Shown: positions 1-8,674 of the stretch, piece after piece
Position numbering within the stretch: position 1 is the first letter of the stretch
How the letters are laid out: each line of letters opens with the position of its first letter
Source: an uncultured virus (IMG/VR IMGVR_UViG_2695420571_000019)
Taxonomy: Duplodnaviria > Heunggongvirae > Uroviricota > Caudoviricetes
Length of the DNA stretch: 20,000 bases
Virus record (IMG/VR): IMGVR_UViG_2695420571_000019
Direction: 5' to 3' (one strand)
Program-made: the position numbers and the translations under genes
The notes under the pieces: generated by a model
The model's input: only the letters and a program-made list of their open reading frames with translations
What the model was told of the DNA's origin: nothing
Database searches by the model: none

Positions 1-381
1 GCCGGCGATCAGCGCGACGAGCTTTCGAAAGTTATTCGGACGGGAATTATAACAGGCCAGTCCGTTAGTGAAATTAGCGCTAATGTACGTAAAGTGCACG
101 AAAACGACGCATGGAAAATTAGGCGTTTGGTTGTAACGGAAGGAAATACGGCGCATAGGGTAGCGGCATCTTATATCGGGCAGCAAAGCCGAGTCGTTAA
201 AGCAATGCGTGTTCATCGAGGTAAGGCTAACCGTCCAGATCACCGATGTACACAGCTTGAGCTCGAAGACCGTTACGGAATGGGCGCCGGACTGTACAAA
301 CCGGATGATCCGGAAATTTATATGATGCACATAAATTGTACCGGCTATTTAACGTATGAACTATATGACAAATACAAATAG
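1..381 (+). CDS. Phage minor head/morphogenesis protein (Mu gpF / SPP1 gp7-like), 5'-truncated by window
   Basis: Frame is open from base 1 (AGDQRDELSKVIRTGIITGQS...). RRLVVTE and HINCTG resemble the MuF R-L-x-R-T-E and HPNCRC motifs. Confidence 0.7.
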   Translation, partial: AGDQRDELSKVIRTGIITGQSVSEISANVRKVHENDAWKIRRLVVTEGNTAHRVAASYIGQQSRVVKAMRVHRGKANRPDHRCTQLELEDRYGMGAGLYKPDDPEIYMMHINCTGYLTYELYDKYK

Positions 382-392
382 GAGGTGACTGC

Positions 393-788
393 GTGATAAC
401 ACCGGAAGATGTCGCGTTTATGAAGCATGCGCGAAAAGAGGTTATTCAGGGACGTACCCATGATGTTGTTTTATTTTACGAAGGAGAAGTCGTACGCGAT
501 CCGATAACAAACGAGCCCTTACCGCAAAAAGAACCGCCAAAACGAACTGTTCCCTCCGTAGTCACCGAAATAAGTTCGCAGGTTAAGATCGATAAGTATC
601 TAGCGGACGGAATCGAAGTTCAATCCGGAGACATTTGGTTCTCGATTGCTATCGAACTGATCGAAGATATTTACGAGTCTCTTAAAAGCGTAATCTATGA
701 CGAAAAGACCTACGAGATATTATCCGTAGATAAAAAAGGAATCGGAGCTAGAAACCGCGCCGAGATCGTTGGGAGGCTGAGAAGATGA
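393..788 (+). CDS. Putative head-closure/head-tail joining protein
   Basis: GGAGGTGA RBS before GTG; 131 aa; position; C-terminal YDEKTYEILSVD pattern typical of SPP1 gp16-like proteins. Confidence 0.6.
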   Translation: MITPEDVAFMKHARKEVIQGRTHDVVLFYEGEVVRDPITNEPLPQKEPPKRTVPSVVTEISSQVKIDKYLADGIEVQSGDIWFSIAIELIEDIYESLKSVIYDEKTYEILSVDKKGIGARNRAEIVGRLRR

Positions 789-1141
789 GTCGATCCCAGG
801 TACGTATTTCAGTCGAAGGCCTTAATCGAGTTGTGCGAGGACTTGACGCAACGCAATTCGTACAAGAAGTAGACGAAGTAACCGAGGCTCAAACGCTTTT
901 GATGGCGAATGAATCTGCTGAAAGGGCTCCTGTGAAAACGGGGAAACTTCGAAACAGTATCGTCGCCAGTCCGGAAAAGATTGCACCGGCACTGTGGGAA
1001 TATGGATCGGACGTAGATTATGCGAAGATCCAAGAATATACGCACAAAACTCAAAGCGGATTTATTCGGGATGTTGTATGGAGCAATGAACGTGTCTATC
1101 GCGGGAAAATACTTCGCTTGGTACGAGGGTTAGGTCGATGA
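785..1141 (+). CDS. HK97 gp10-family tail/neck component
   Basis: APVKTGKLRNSI and DYAKIQEY motifs; ATGA overlap with the previous gene. Confidence 0.85.
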   Translation: MSRSQVRISVEGLNRVVRGLDATQFVQEVDEVTEAQTLLMANESAERAPVKTGKLRNSIVASPEKIAPALWEYGSDVDYAKIQEYTHKTQSGFIRDVVWSNERVYRGKILRLVRGLGR

Positions 1142-1566
1142 GGCAAATCGATGTTCAATATTCGATTATCCAACATCTCGCTAAGAAAACCGGATTTGAG
1201 GTCGTGTGGGTCTATGATGGCGTTGTATTACCGGAGACTAAGCCGTTTATTACGGTCCAGCAGAGGCAAAACACTCCGACAGTTGTTTCGAAACAACGGG
1301 AATCTGTGCGAATGGTTTACCGATTTCAAATCGGACTTCACACAAACACCGCAACAGACCGAGCAACCGTACAGGAGCAGATTAAACGGATATTCCTATT
1401 TGATAAAATAGCGCTTATTAACGCAAATGAACCGAGCCAAACGCTCGGTCTTTTTTATGTCAATTTAACGGCGGAGGTTCCATTGCCTGCGGAGGAAGTA
1501 GCAGATAAGACGCAGTATCATCGCGTTTATTTTGACATCGAGATAGATACGACATTGAACGCATAA
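1138..1566 (+). CDS. Putative tail completion/terminator protein
   Basis: 142 aa, directly upstream of the major tail gene; VYDGVVLPETKPFITV resembles SPP1 gp17-like proteins; ATGA overlap. Confidence 0.6.
   Translation: MRQIDVQYSIIQHLAKKTGFEVVWVYDGVVLPETKPFITVQQRQNTPTVVSKQRESVRMVYRFQIGLHTNTATDRATVQEQIKRIFLFDKIALINANEPSQTLGLFYVNLTAEVPLPAEEVADKTQYHRVYFDIEIDTTLNA
1431..1456 (+). terminator. Intrinsic-terminator-like hairpin inside the tail completion gene
   Basis: ACCGAGC-CAAAC-GCTCGGT followed by CTTTTTT. Confidence 0.5.
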
Positions 1567-1583
1567 CAAAAGGGGGACTTAAT

Positions 1584-2069
1584 TTGGCGGTAGAATATCG
1601 CGGAGAAGAGATTTTATACGCAGCGGTAATCGAAACGGATGCGGGCGAAAAGATGATCCGTCCGTTTAACCAAACGAGCGGAACAACTAGCATCGAAGCA
1701 GATTCGATCGACTTGGATACGAAAGATAAAACCGGAAGTGACTACGGAAAGGTAACGCAATCAGTCTCGCTTGAGGGCGTTATTACAGAAGGCGATCCGT
1801 TTATTAAGGCGATGAAAAAGAAAATCCGAAATAAAGAGTTCGTCAAAATTTACGAAATCGATACTCGGACTAAAGAGGCGGAAAGTGGTATGTATATGAT
1901 TTCTTCGTTCGAACGCGAGTTTGGGAACGGAGATTTCGCAACATACTCACTCGAAGGCTCATTGAACGGGGACGTCACGGAGGAAACTCTAACGGAAATT
2001 CCGGCAGGAGCACCGTCTTCATCAGCGCCAGCTAGCGGAGATACAGGCACAGGAACGACTACACCTTAA
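1584..2069 (+). CDS. Major tail (tube) protein, TP901-1-like
   Basis: AAGGGGG RBS and TTG start; DSIDLDTKD and ATYSLEGSLNG motifs; low-complexity C-terminal tail. Confidence 0.85.
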   Translation: MAVEYRGEEILYAAVIETDAGEKMIRPFNQTSGTTSIEADSIDLDTKDKTGSDYGKVTQSVSLEGVITEGDPFIKAMKKKIRNKEFVKIYEIDTRTKEAESGMYMISSFEREFGNGDFATYSLEGSLNGDVTEETLTEIPAGAPSSSAPASGDTGTGTTTP

Positions 2070-2097
2070 GGCATCGCTTAATCGCGGTGTCTTTTTT
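2068..2097 (+). terminator. Rho-independent terminator after the major tail gene
   Basis: AAGGCATCGC-TTAATC-GCGGTGTCTT plus T run. Confidence 0.75.
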
Positions 2098-2131
2098 ACT
2101 TAACGAATAAAAACGAGAAGGAGACGATTAT

Positions 2132-2497
2132 ATGGCACGTTTTGAAATCGAAGGAGAAGAGTACGAATTAAAGTTAACGTTTAAGAGTGTTAAACACCTT
2201 GATGGTTTATACAAAGGCGGCTCATTCGAATTAATCGGTAAAGCACTTGTCGGTGATTTGGAGACGTTTGTAAACGTAGTACATGCGGGGCTTTTTCACA
2301 CCGGTAAGAATATTTCAATTTCTAAGGTTAGGACAGCTATCGAAGAAGGAGTCGAGAAAGAAGATCTCGATATGGATACGATTCTTAAAATCACGAACGA
2401 GGTTGTATCGAACAGTTTTTTCTACAAGAAAACAGCGGAAAAGCTTCTGAAGAAAGATCCGAAAGCGGCGGAAATGCTGGCGGGGATTTTGGAATAG
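2132..2497 (+). CDS. Tail assembly chaperone (gpG-like)
   Basis: AAGGAG RBS; FEIEGEEYELKLTF N-terminus; lies between major tail and tape measure genes; in-frame T TTT TTC heptamer. Confidence 0.85.
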   Translation: MARFEIEGEEYELKLTFKSVKHLDGLYKGGSFELIGKALVGDLETFVNVVHAGLFHTGKNISISKVRTAIEEGVEKEDLDMDTILKITNEVVSNSFFYKKTAEKLLKKDPKAAEMLAGILE

Positions 2498-2799
2498 ATC
2501 AAGTACTGCGCGATGCCTGGCGGTACTTATCGTTAAAGCCTGACGAAGTTTACGCACTGACACCGCGGGAGTACTACCTCTTAATCCAAGCGCAGCAAGA
2601 CAAGAAGTTCGATCAATATGACGACTTAGCTTCACTCGCGATGATGATCGGAAAAGTTCGTTCAGCTAAGAAAAGCATTAAGCAATCCGATTTATTCAAG
2701 CGACCTAAAACAGCGGATGATGAGGCCAATATCCCGCAAGAAGTTATTGCAAAGCAGCAGCAGGCCTCCGAATGGCTATCGCAATTTGACATCAAATAA
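2416..2799 (+). CDS. -1 frameshift extension of the tail chaperone (gpGT-like; fusion ~222 aa from 2132), absent from the ORF track
   Basis: The -1 frame is open from slippery T TTT TTC (2416-2422) to TAA 2797-2799 and encodes ...DAWRYLSLKPDEVYALTPREYYLLIQA..., a typical gpT-like segment. Confidence 0.85.
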   Translation, partial: FFLQENSGKASEERSESGGNAGGDFGIDQVLRDAWRYLSLKPDEVYALTPREYYLLIQAQQDKKFDQYDDLASLAMMIGKVRSAKKSIKQSDLFKRPKTADDEANIPQEVIAKQQQASEWLSQFDIK

Positions 2800-2814
2800 G
2801 GAAGGAGGGTCTAT

Positions 2815-5800
2815 ATGGCGGATCAATCGATTATCGTCCGGATTGGCGCCGATATTTCCAACCTAACTACGGAATTGCAACGATCGCAGAGCTCGCCTAG
2901 AGACTTCGGTTCGCAGCTTCAGAGTATGGGCCAATCTATTGCGTTAGGATTCGGAGCAGTCGCGGCGGGTGTAGGCGCTGGGTTAGGATCTGCGGTTAAT
3001 AAAGCGATGGACTTCGAGGCGCAAATGTCTAACGTTAAGGCGGTATCTGGCGCAACCGGCGATACGATGGAAAAACTTACGGATTTAGCAATCGATATGG
3101 GCGCGAAGACGAAATTCAGTTCGTTAGAAGCCGGTCAGGGAATCGAGGAACTTATTAAAGCTGGCGTTTCGTTAGAGGACATCATGGGCGGCGGTCTAGC
3201 GGGTGCGCTCGACTTAGCGGTTGCCGGCGAATTAGATCTCGGAGAGGCGGCTGAAATCGCTTCGACTGCGCTAAACGCTTTTAAGAAAGACGGCCTTTCA
3301 GTTACGCAGGCTGCGAATATGCTGGCAGGCGCGGCTAACGCATCAGCGACGGACGTTCACGAATTAAAGTACGGCCTATCTATGGTATCGGCGGTTGCTT
3401 CAGGCGTCGGGTTGTCGTTCAAAGATACGTCTACAGCACTCGCTATATTCGCGCAAAACGGACTTAAAGGTTCGGATGCCGGTACGTCACTTAAGACGAT
3501 GCTATTGAATTTAACGCCGAGCTCAAACGAAGCTTTCGAAACAATGAAAGAGCTCGGATTGGCTACGGACGACGGCGCTAATGCGTTCTATGACGCTGAA
3601 GGTAACGTTAAGTCGTTCGCAGAAATATCGCAAGTTCTTCAGGACAAACTTAAAGGGCTTACGTCGCAACAACAACAGGCTGCGCTAAAAACGATGTTTG
3701 GTACTGACGCTATCCGGGCTGCAAACATCATGATGAAAGAGGGCGCAAAAGGCGCCGAGGAAATGTGGAAGGAAATGTCTAAGGTCACTGCGGCAGAAGT
3801 TGCGGCGGAGAAGATGAACAACCTTAGAGGCCAGATCGAGGAGCTCAGCGGAGCCTTTGAAACGGCACAAATCTCCGTTGGTAATGCGTTACTGCCAGCA
3901 CTGTCTAAGCTCGTTGGTATTGTGCAGTCGATAGTCGATGGGTTTAATAAACTCTCACCAGGGATGCAGAAATTTGTAGCGTATGCCGGAGCGGCAATCG
4001 CGGTTATCGCTCTTTTTGGTACAGGATTGGGCGCTGTTTTAATATTTATAGGTGCAGTAGTGTCCGCCGTCGGAACATTGGTAGCGGCCTTTGGCGGGGT
4101 TGCAGCGGCGTTGGGCGTTACAAGTTCGACGCTTCTTCTTATCATCGCTCATGTAGGTCTCTTAGTAGGAGCCATCGTAGCGGCGGTCGCAGCCATCGCG
4201 TTATTAATTAAAAACAACGAAGCCATCCGTACTAAGCTCGAAGCCTTGGCGAACACGATCGGCGCAAAGCTCGCTCCAGCCATTGCGACATTGAAAACGC
4301 TCTTCAGCGGACTAGCAACGGTTCTAACGGGCGACTTCGCTAGCGGTGCCGATAAGTTGCGTCAGATTCTTCCGGAACCAGTCGTCCAGCTAATCATCGC
4401 CGGCGCTACGGCCGTACAGAACGCGATTACGAATTTGATAAGCGCCGTCAACAAAGCGTTTCAGGGCGACTTCAGTTCCATCGCGCAGTACATTCCGACA
4501 ATCGTAGGTATGCTGGTTGGAGGACTTCCCGGCCTAATTATTGCAGGAACACGATTCTTGCCGGCAATCGAGCAAGGCCTACAGACGTACCTGCCGACGT
4601 TCCTCAACGGATTTGTTAATCTCGTAACTTCTGTCGTAAACGCGATTACTACGAATCTACCGATGCTTGCGCAGGCTGGCGTTCAAATCATAACGGGCCT
4701 TCTAACGGGATTTACGCAGGCGCTTCCGAATATTCTAACGGCGATTACGCAGGTCATAACGACGCTGATCCAATCGATCACGACGCTTTTGCCGATGATT
4801 CTTGGCGCTGGAATTTTAATCATCACGTCGCTGATTCAAGGAATTGTTTCGGCACTACCGGCAATCATTACGGCGGCAACGCAATTACTGACGATGTTGA
4901 TTAATACGATTGTTACGTTATTGCCGATGATCATTGAGGCCGGCATCCAGATTTTGAACGCGCTGATTAACGGAATTATCCAGGTTCTTCCGCAATTAAT
5001 CGAGGCGGCGCTGCAGCTTATTATGGCGCTCATTGATGCGCTTGTGACGAATCTACCGTTAATACTCGAAGCCGGCATTCAGATTCTTACGGCTTTGGTC
5101 GACGGAATTATTACGATGCTTCCGCAACTCATTGAAATGGCGCTTTTCTTAATCGTCAGCTTGGTCCAAGCGCTGATCGATAATTTACCGAAAATCATTG
5201 ACGCGGGCGTCCGTTTAATTATTGCGCTCGTAAATGGATTGATTAAGGCACTTCCGCAATTAGTTTCGGCAGCAATTACGTTACTTACGCGATTAGTCGA
5301 TACGATCATCCGATTTATGCCGCAGCTAATCGATCTTGGAATCAAGTTATTAGTCGCGCTCGTAAACGGTTTGATCCAAGCCGCGCCTAAGCTCCTGCAG
5401 ATGGGCGTAAAAATCGTTACTGATTTGGCAGGCGCAATCGGCGATAACGTGAGTAAAGTGTTCGACGCCGGGGTTGATTTGATTAAGGGTTTATGGAACG
5501 GAATCAACTCCGTAAAGGACTGGATTCTCGGAAAACTTGGCGACTTTGCCGACAGCGTTACGAGCGGAATCAAAAAATTCTTCGGCATTCACTCGCCTTC
5601 TCGCGTATTCCGTGACGAAGTCGGTAAGTTCTTACCGTTAGGTTTAGCGGTCGGTATCGAACGTAATATCGGAGCGGTTCAGTCGGCAGCAGACGCAATG
5701 GCAAACGCTGCCATGATTGACGCACAGGATTACGCGTACAATCCGTCGATGGCGCTGAAAGGTGGCAAGATGGCGAAGGTCAAACACGCCTTCGAAGCTT

Positions 5801-5946
5801 CAGTTGCGGAGCCGAACGTCGGACAGCCGATGCACATCGAGCTTGTAACCGTAATGGATAGCGAAGAGATCGGGCGACGCACCGAGCGTGTTGTGAGTGC
5901 GGAACAAGGGCGGAAAATTTCGATTAAAAATCTGATGCAGGGGTGA
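2815..5946 (+). CDS. Tail tape measure protein (TP901-family core)
   Basis: 1043 aa; TKFSSLEAGQG and GLKGSDAGTSLKTML core; long amphipathic LP-repeat region; FFGIHSPSRVF near the C-terminus. Confidence 0.95.
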   Translation: MADQSIIVRIGADISNLTTELQRSQSSPRDFGSQLQSMGQSIALGFGAVAAGVGAGLGSAVNKAMDFEAQMSNVKAVSGATGDTMEKLTDLAIDMGAKTKFSSLEAGQGIEELIKAGVSLEDIMGGGLAGALDLAVAGELDLGEAAEIASTALNAFKKDGLSVTQAANMLAGAANASATDVHELKYGLSMVSAVASGVGLSFKDTSTALAIFAQNGLKGSDAGTSLKTMLLNLTPSSNEAFETMKELGLATDDGANAFYDAEGNVKSFAEISQVLQDKLKGLTSQQQQAALKTMFGTDAIRAANIMMKEGAKGAEEMWKEMSKVTAAEVAAEKMNNLRGQIEELSGAFETAQISVGNALLPALSKLVGIVQSIVDGFNKLSPGMQKFVAYAGAAIAVIALFGTGLGAVLIFIGAVVSAVGTLVAAFGGVAAALGVTSSTLLLIIAHVGLLVGAIVAAVAAIALLIKNNEAIRTKLEALANTIGAKLAPAIATLKTLFSGLATVLTGDFASGADKLRQILPEPVVQLIIAGATAVQNAITNLISAVNKAFQGDFSSIAQYIPTIVGMLVGGLPGLIIAGTRFLPAIEQGLQTYLPTFLNGFVNLVTSVVNAITTNLPMLAQAGVQIITGLLTGFTQALPNILTAITQVITTLIQSITTLLPMILGAGILIITSLIQGIVSALPAIITAATQLLTMLINTIVTLLPMIIEAGIQILNALINGIIQVLPQLIEAALQLIMALIDALVTNLPLILEAGIQILTALVDGIITMLPQLIEMALFLIVSLVQALIDNLPKIIDAGVRLIIALVNGLIKALPQLVSAAITLLTRLVDTIIRFMPQLIDLGIKLLVALVNGLIQAAPKLLQMGVKIVTDLAGAIGDNVSKVFDAGVDLIKGLWNGINSVKDWILGKLGDFADSVTSGIKKFFGIHSPSRVFRDEVGKFLPLGLAVGIERNIGAVQSAADAMANAAMIDAQDYAYNPSMALKGGKMAKVKHAFEASVAEPNVGQPMHIELVTVMDSEEIGRRTERVVSAEQGRKISIKNLMQG

Positions 5947-6770
5947 TGGAGCGGTTGTTAAATCTGACTATAACGAAACTCAACGGAACTACTTACGATT
6001 TAGAAGCGTTAGGAATAACACTCAAAGAATTTAAGCCGCGTTCTCCATCGCCTATCCACTCTTCGGAAAGTATTGAAGGCGCGCAAGGCGAAGTAGATTT
6101 AGGAACAGTTTATGGTCCGCGCATCATCGACTGTTCCTTTTATATGAAAGCGGCGGATCTAACCGATTATCATCTTATGCGCGATGAGGTTTTCGCTCTA
6201 TTCGATTCGCGACAAGCTTTTTATATTACTGACGGATATAATCCAGGCAAGCGTTGGTTTGTAAAAACGAATCAAGAGTATTCTATCGATCAGAACCGGA
6301 TATACGGATTTTTTGACATCTCATTCGTATCGTTTAAGCCGTTTTCTGAATCGATCGGAACTACGTTAAGCCCGTTCACCTTCGATTCTGATCTCTGGCA
6401 AATTGGCGAAGGCTTAACCGATGAAGATTACAAGTATTCGTTCAAAACTAATACTTTCCGAATCTTTAACGCAGGTACTGAAGAAATAGATCCGAGAGAG
6501 TTGCCGTTGATTATTACGTATAAAGGGGCTTCCAATAAATTAACGATCACAAATAAAACGATGGGAGACGTGTTTACGTACAACGGAACGACTAGCGCCA
6601 CGGACGTTCTTTCTTTAAATAGGGTTAAAGTTACAAAGAATAACGTCAGTGTTTTCGGACAAACAAACCGGAAAGTAATTCGATTAGCCCCCGGATGGAA
6701 TGACTTTAATATGACAGGAACAAGCGGAAGCTTCGAAATAAAGTTTGACTTCCGTTTTTATTATTTATAA
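5946..6770 (+). CDS. Distal tail protein (Dit, Sipho_tail family)
   Basis: Follows the tape measure gene with a TGATG overlap (alternative GTG at 5943); YGPRIIDCSF, PGKRWFV and IRLAPGWNDF...FDFRFYYL motifs. Confidence 0.85.
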   Translation: MERLLNLTITKLNGTTYDLEALGITLKEFKPRSPSPIHSSESIEGAQGEVDLGTVYGPRIIDCSFYMKAADLTDYHLMRDEVFALFDSRQAFYITDGYNPGKRWFVKTNQEYSIDQNRIYGFFDISFVSFKPFSESIGTTLSPFTFDSDLWQIGEGLTDEDYKYSFKTNTFRIFNAGTEEIDPRELPLIITYKGASNKLTITNKTMGDVFTYNGTTSATDVLSLNRVKVTKNNVSVFGQTNRKVIRLAPGWNDFNMTGTSGSFEIKFDFRFYYL

Positions 6771-6782
6771 GGGAGGCCCGGT

Positions 6783-8660
6783 ATGAGTAGCGCCAGCTTT
6801 ATTAAGGAAATCGCCCCGGATGCGCAGAAGATTTTCGTTAAATATAAAATACTTGCGAGCCTCATTATTGCGCAGGGTTGCCTTGAAAGTGCCTACGGAA
6901 CTAGCGGCCTCGCAGTCAACGGAAAAAACCTTTTCGGCGTAAAGGGCGAGTATAACGGTCAGTACGTAATTATGAAGACGTGGGAAGTTATCGACGGTAG
7001 AAGCGTACAAGTGGACGCAAAGTTTCGGAAGTACCCTTCGTGGTATGAGTCGATGCAGGACCTCGCTAAGCTTTACGTTAACGGAACGAGCTGGGACCCG
7101 AACCACTATAAAGCCGTCGTTGGTGAGACCGACTATAAAAAAGCCACAGCCGCATTAGTAAAAGCCGGTTACGCAACCGATCCATCGTACGCGACTAAGC
7201 TAAACAGCATTATATCAACGTATAAACTAACGCAGTATGATACGGCCTCTAGTGATATTAGTCCGGTAATTCCTGCGACTCCAACAACGGTACCTTACGA
7301 AGACGAAGTGAGCACGGATCTGTTCGTACATTCTCTTACGGGCGCGGTTGAATTGCTCGCGGGATTTAGTGTAACTCGAAACAGCGGCATAAACAACGAA
7401 AAAACGATAAGCGTTTCGGGTGTAAGAACTGACGTAAACGAACATGCGGTTGCTTTAATTAAGAACGACAATATATTCGAATACAAATCGGAACTTTACG
7501 TTATAAAGAAGCTTAATACTAAGCCCATCGGTGAATCTATTAAAATCGAAGCTACTGCGGTTCATAAGATGTTTATAGATTTGCGCGATAACTATATTTA
7601 CGATACACAAAAAGGCGAAAAGGCATACCGCCCAGAGACTGCGTTAGAGATCGCATTATCCGGTACACCTTACGCCTATAGTGTTGATACGACCGGACTT
7701 CCGACATCGGTAACTATCGAGAATTTCGGCGATGCTAATTCGCTCTCACTGCTGGAGGATATCGTGGAGAAATTCGGAGCAGAATTCGAATGTGTGCAAA
7801 ACGTGATATTTGTCGCCAAAGAAATCGCACGCGTTACCGATAATCAAATCCGGTATAAATTTAACGTTCAAGATCCGCAACAGGAAATTGATACGAGCGA
7901 CATAAAAACCTATATCCGAGGTTTCGGTAAGGGGATAGAAGCGGAGTACACGAGTCCACTAGCGTCGGTTCTCGGAATAAGGCACGCTGATCCGGTACGA
8001 GATGATCGTTACACTATTAAAGCGGATCTACTTGAGCGGATAAAAAGCGAATTATACGATCGCATCGATATCTCTATTACGTTAACTTACGTCGAGCTCC
8101 TCGATATGGGCATTCAGGACATCCGCAAAGGTGACTACGTTTGGTGCATTCTCGATCCTTTCGGCATAGACGTTCAGCTTCGCGTGACCGAAAAAGAGGA
8201 TTATTCGGACCCGAGTAAGTCTCCGAAATATACGCTCGGAACGCTCACGAAAAGCTCAACCGACATTGTTTCCGAGTTTAACCGAACTAAAAAGGTCATC
8301 GGAAAGGTTATCGATGGTACCACTGGAAAGATAAAAAGCAGCGCTGTTACGATCGGTCAATTTACGCAATTCGAGACCGGATATGATCCGTCTCAGATAC
8401 CACGATATTCGCTCGCAAGCGCAACGACTGACGGATTAATGAGTTCGGCGGACTTTACGAAATTAGCTAGTATCGTTTTAGGTCCAGACGGCCAGGTATC
8501 TATCGCGCTAGCTTCTGAAACAAATAACGGCCTTATGAGCGCAGCAGACTTTACGAAATTAAAGCACATAAAGGTCGGTACCGAAACCGTTGATATCTCT
8601 ACTTTACCGCAGCAACTGGAATCCATAAACCAACGGCTAACAGCGCTAGAAAATAAATAA
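6783..8660 (+). CDS. Tail-associated lysin (Tal/prophage tail protein) with N-terminal GH73 glucosaminidase domain
   Basis: aa ~1-155: IAQGCLESAYG, NLFGVKG, FRKYPSW, GYATDPSYATKL (GH73). A Pro/Thr linker follows, then the Prophage_tail-like body (IKTYIRGFGK, EYTSPLA, DDRY) and two C-terminal GLMSxADFTKL repeats. Confidence 0.85.
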   Translation: MSSASFIKEIAPDAQKIFVKYKILASLIIAQGCLESAYGTSGLAVNGKNLFGVKGEYNGQYVIMKTWEVIDGRSVQVDAKFRKYPSWYESMQDLAKLYVNGTSWDPNHYKAVVGETDYKKATAALVKAGYATDPSYATKLNSIISTYKLTQYDTASSDISPVIPATPTTVPYEDEVSTDLFVHSLTGAVELLAGFSVTRNSGINNEKTISVSGVRTDVNEHAVALIKNDNIFEYKSELYVIKKLNTKPIGESIKIEATAVHKMFIDLRDNYIYDTQKGEKAYRPETALEIALSGTPYAYSVDTTGLPTSVTIENFGDANSLSLLEDIVEKFGAEFECVQNVIFVAKEIARVTDNQIRYKFNVQDPQQEIDTSDIKTYIRGFGKGIEAEYTSPLASVLGIRHADPVRDDRYTIKADLLERIKSELYDRIDISITLTYVELLDMGIQDIRKGDYVWCILDPFGIDVQLRVTEKEDYSDPSKSPKYTLGTLTKSSTDIVSEFNRTKKVIGKVIDGTTGKIKSSAVTIGQFTQFETGYDPSQIPRYSLASATTDGLMSSADFTKLASIVLGPDGQVSIALASETNNGLMSAADFTKLKHIKVGTETVDISTLPQQLESINQRLTALENK

Positions 8661-8674
8661 CGAGGAGGAATAGA

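Noticed and set aside
2061..2103. SPP1 gp17.1*-style +1 frameshift extension of the major tail protein at CCT TAA
   Set aside because: The +1 frame closes after about a dozen codons and a terminator follows; there is no Ig/FN3 domain to append.
4500..5520. Periodic sequence in the tape measure gene as a repeat array
   Set aside because: These are ordinary amphipathic protein repeats of tape measure proteins, degenerate at DNA level.
8415..8561. GACTTTACGAAATTA repeated 96 bp apart as a DGR template/variable repeat or recombination site
   Set aside because: It encodes a common GLMSxADxxKL tail-protein repeat; there is no adenine-specific variation and no reverse transcriptase or invertase in the window.
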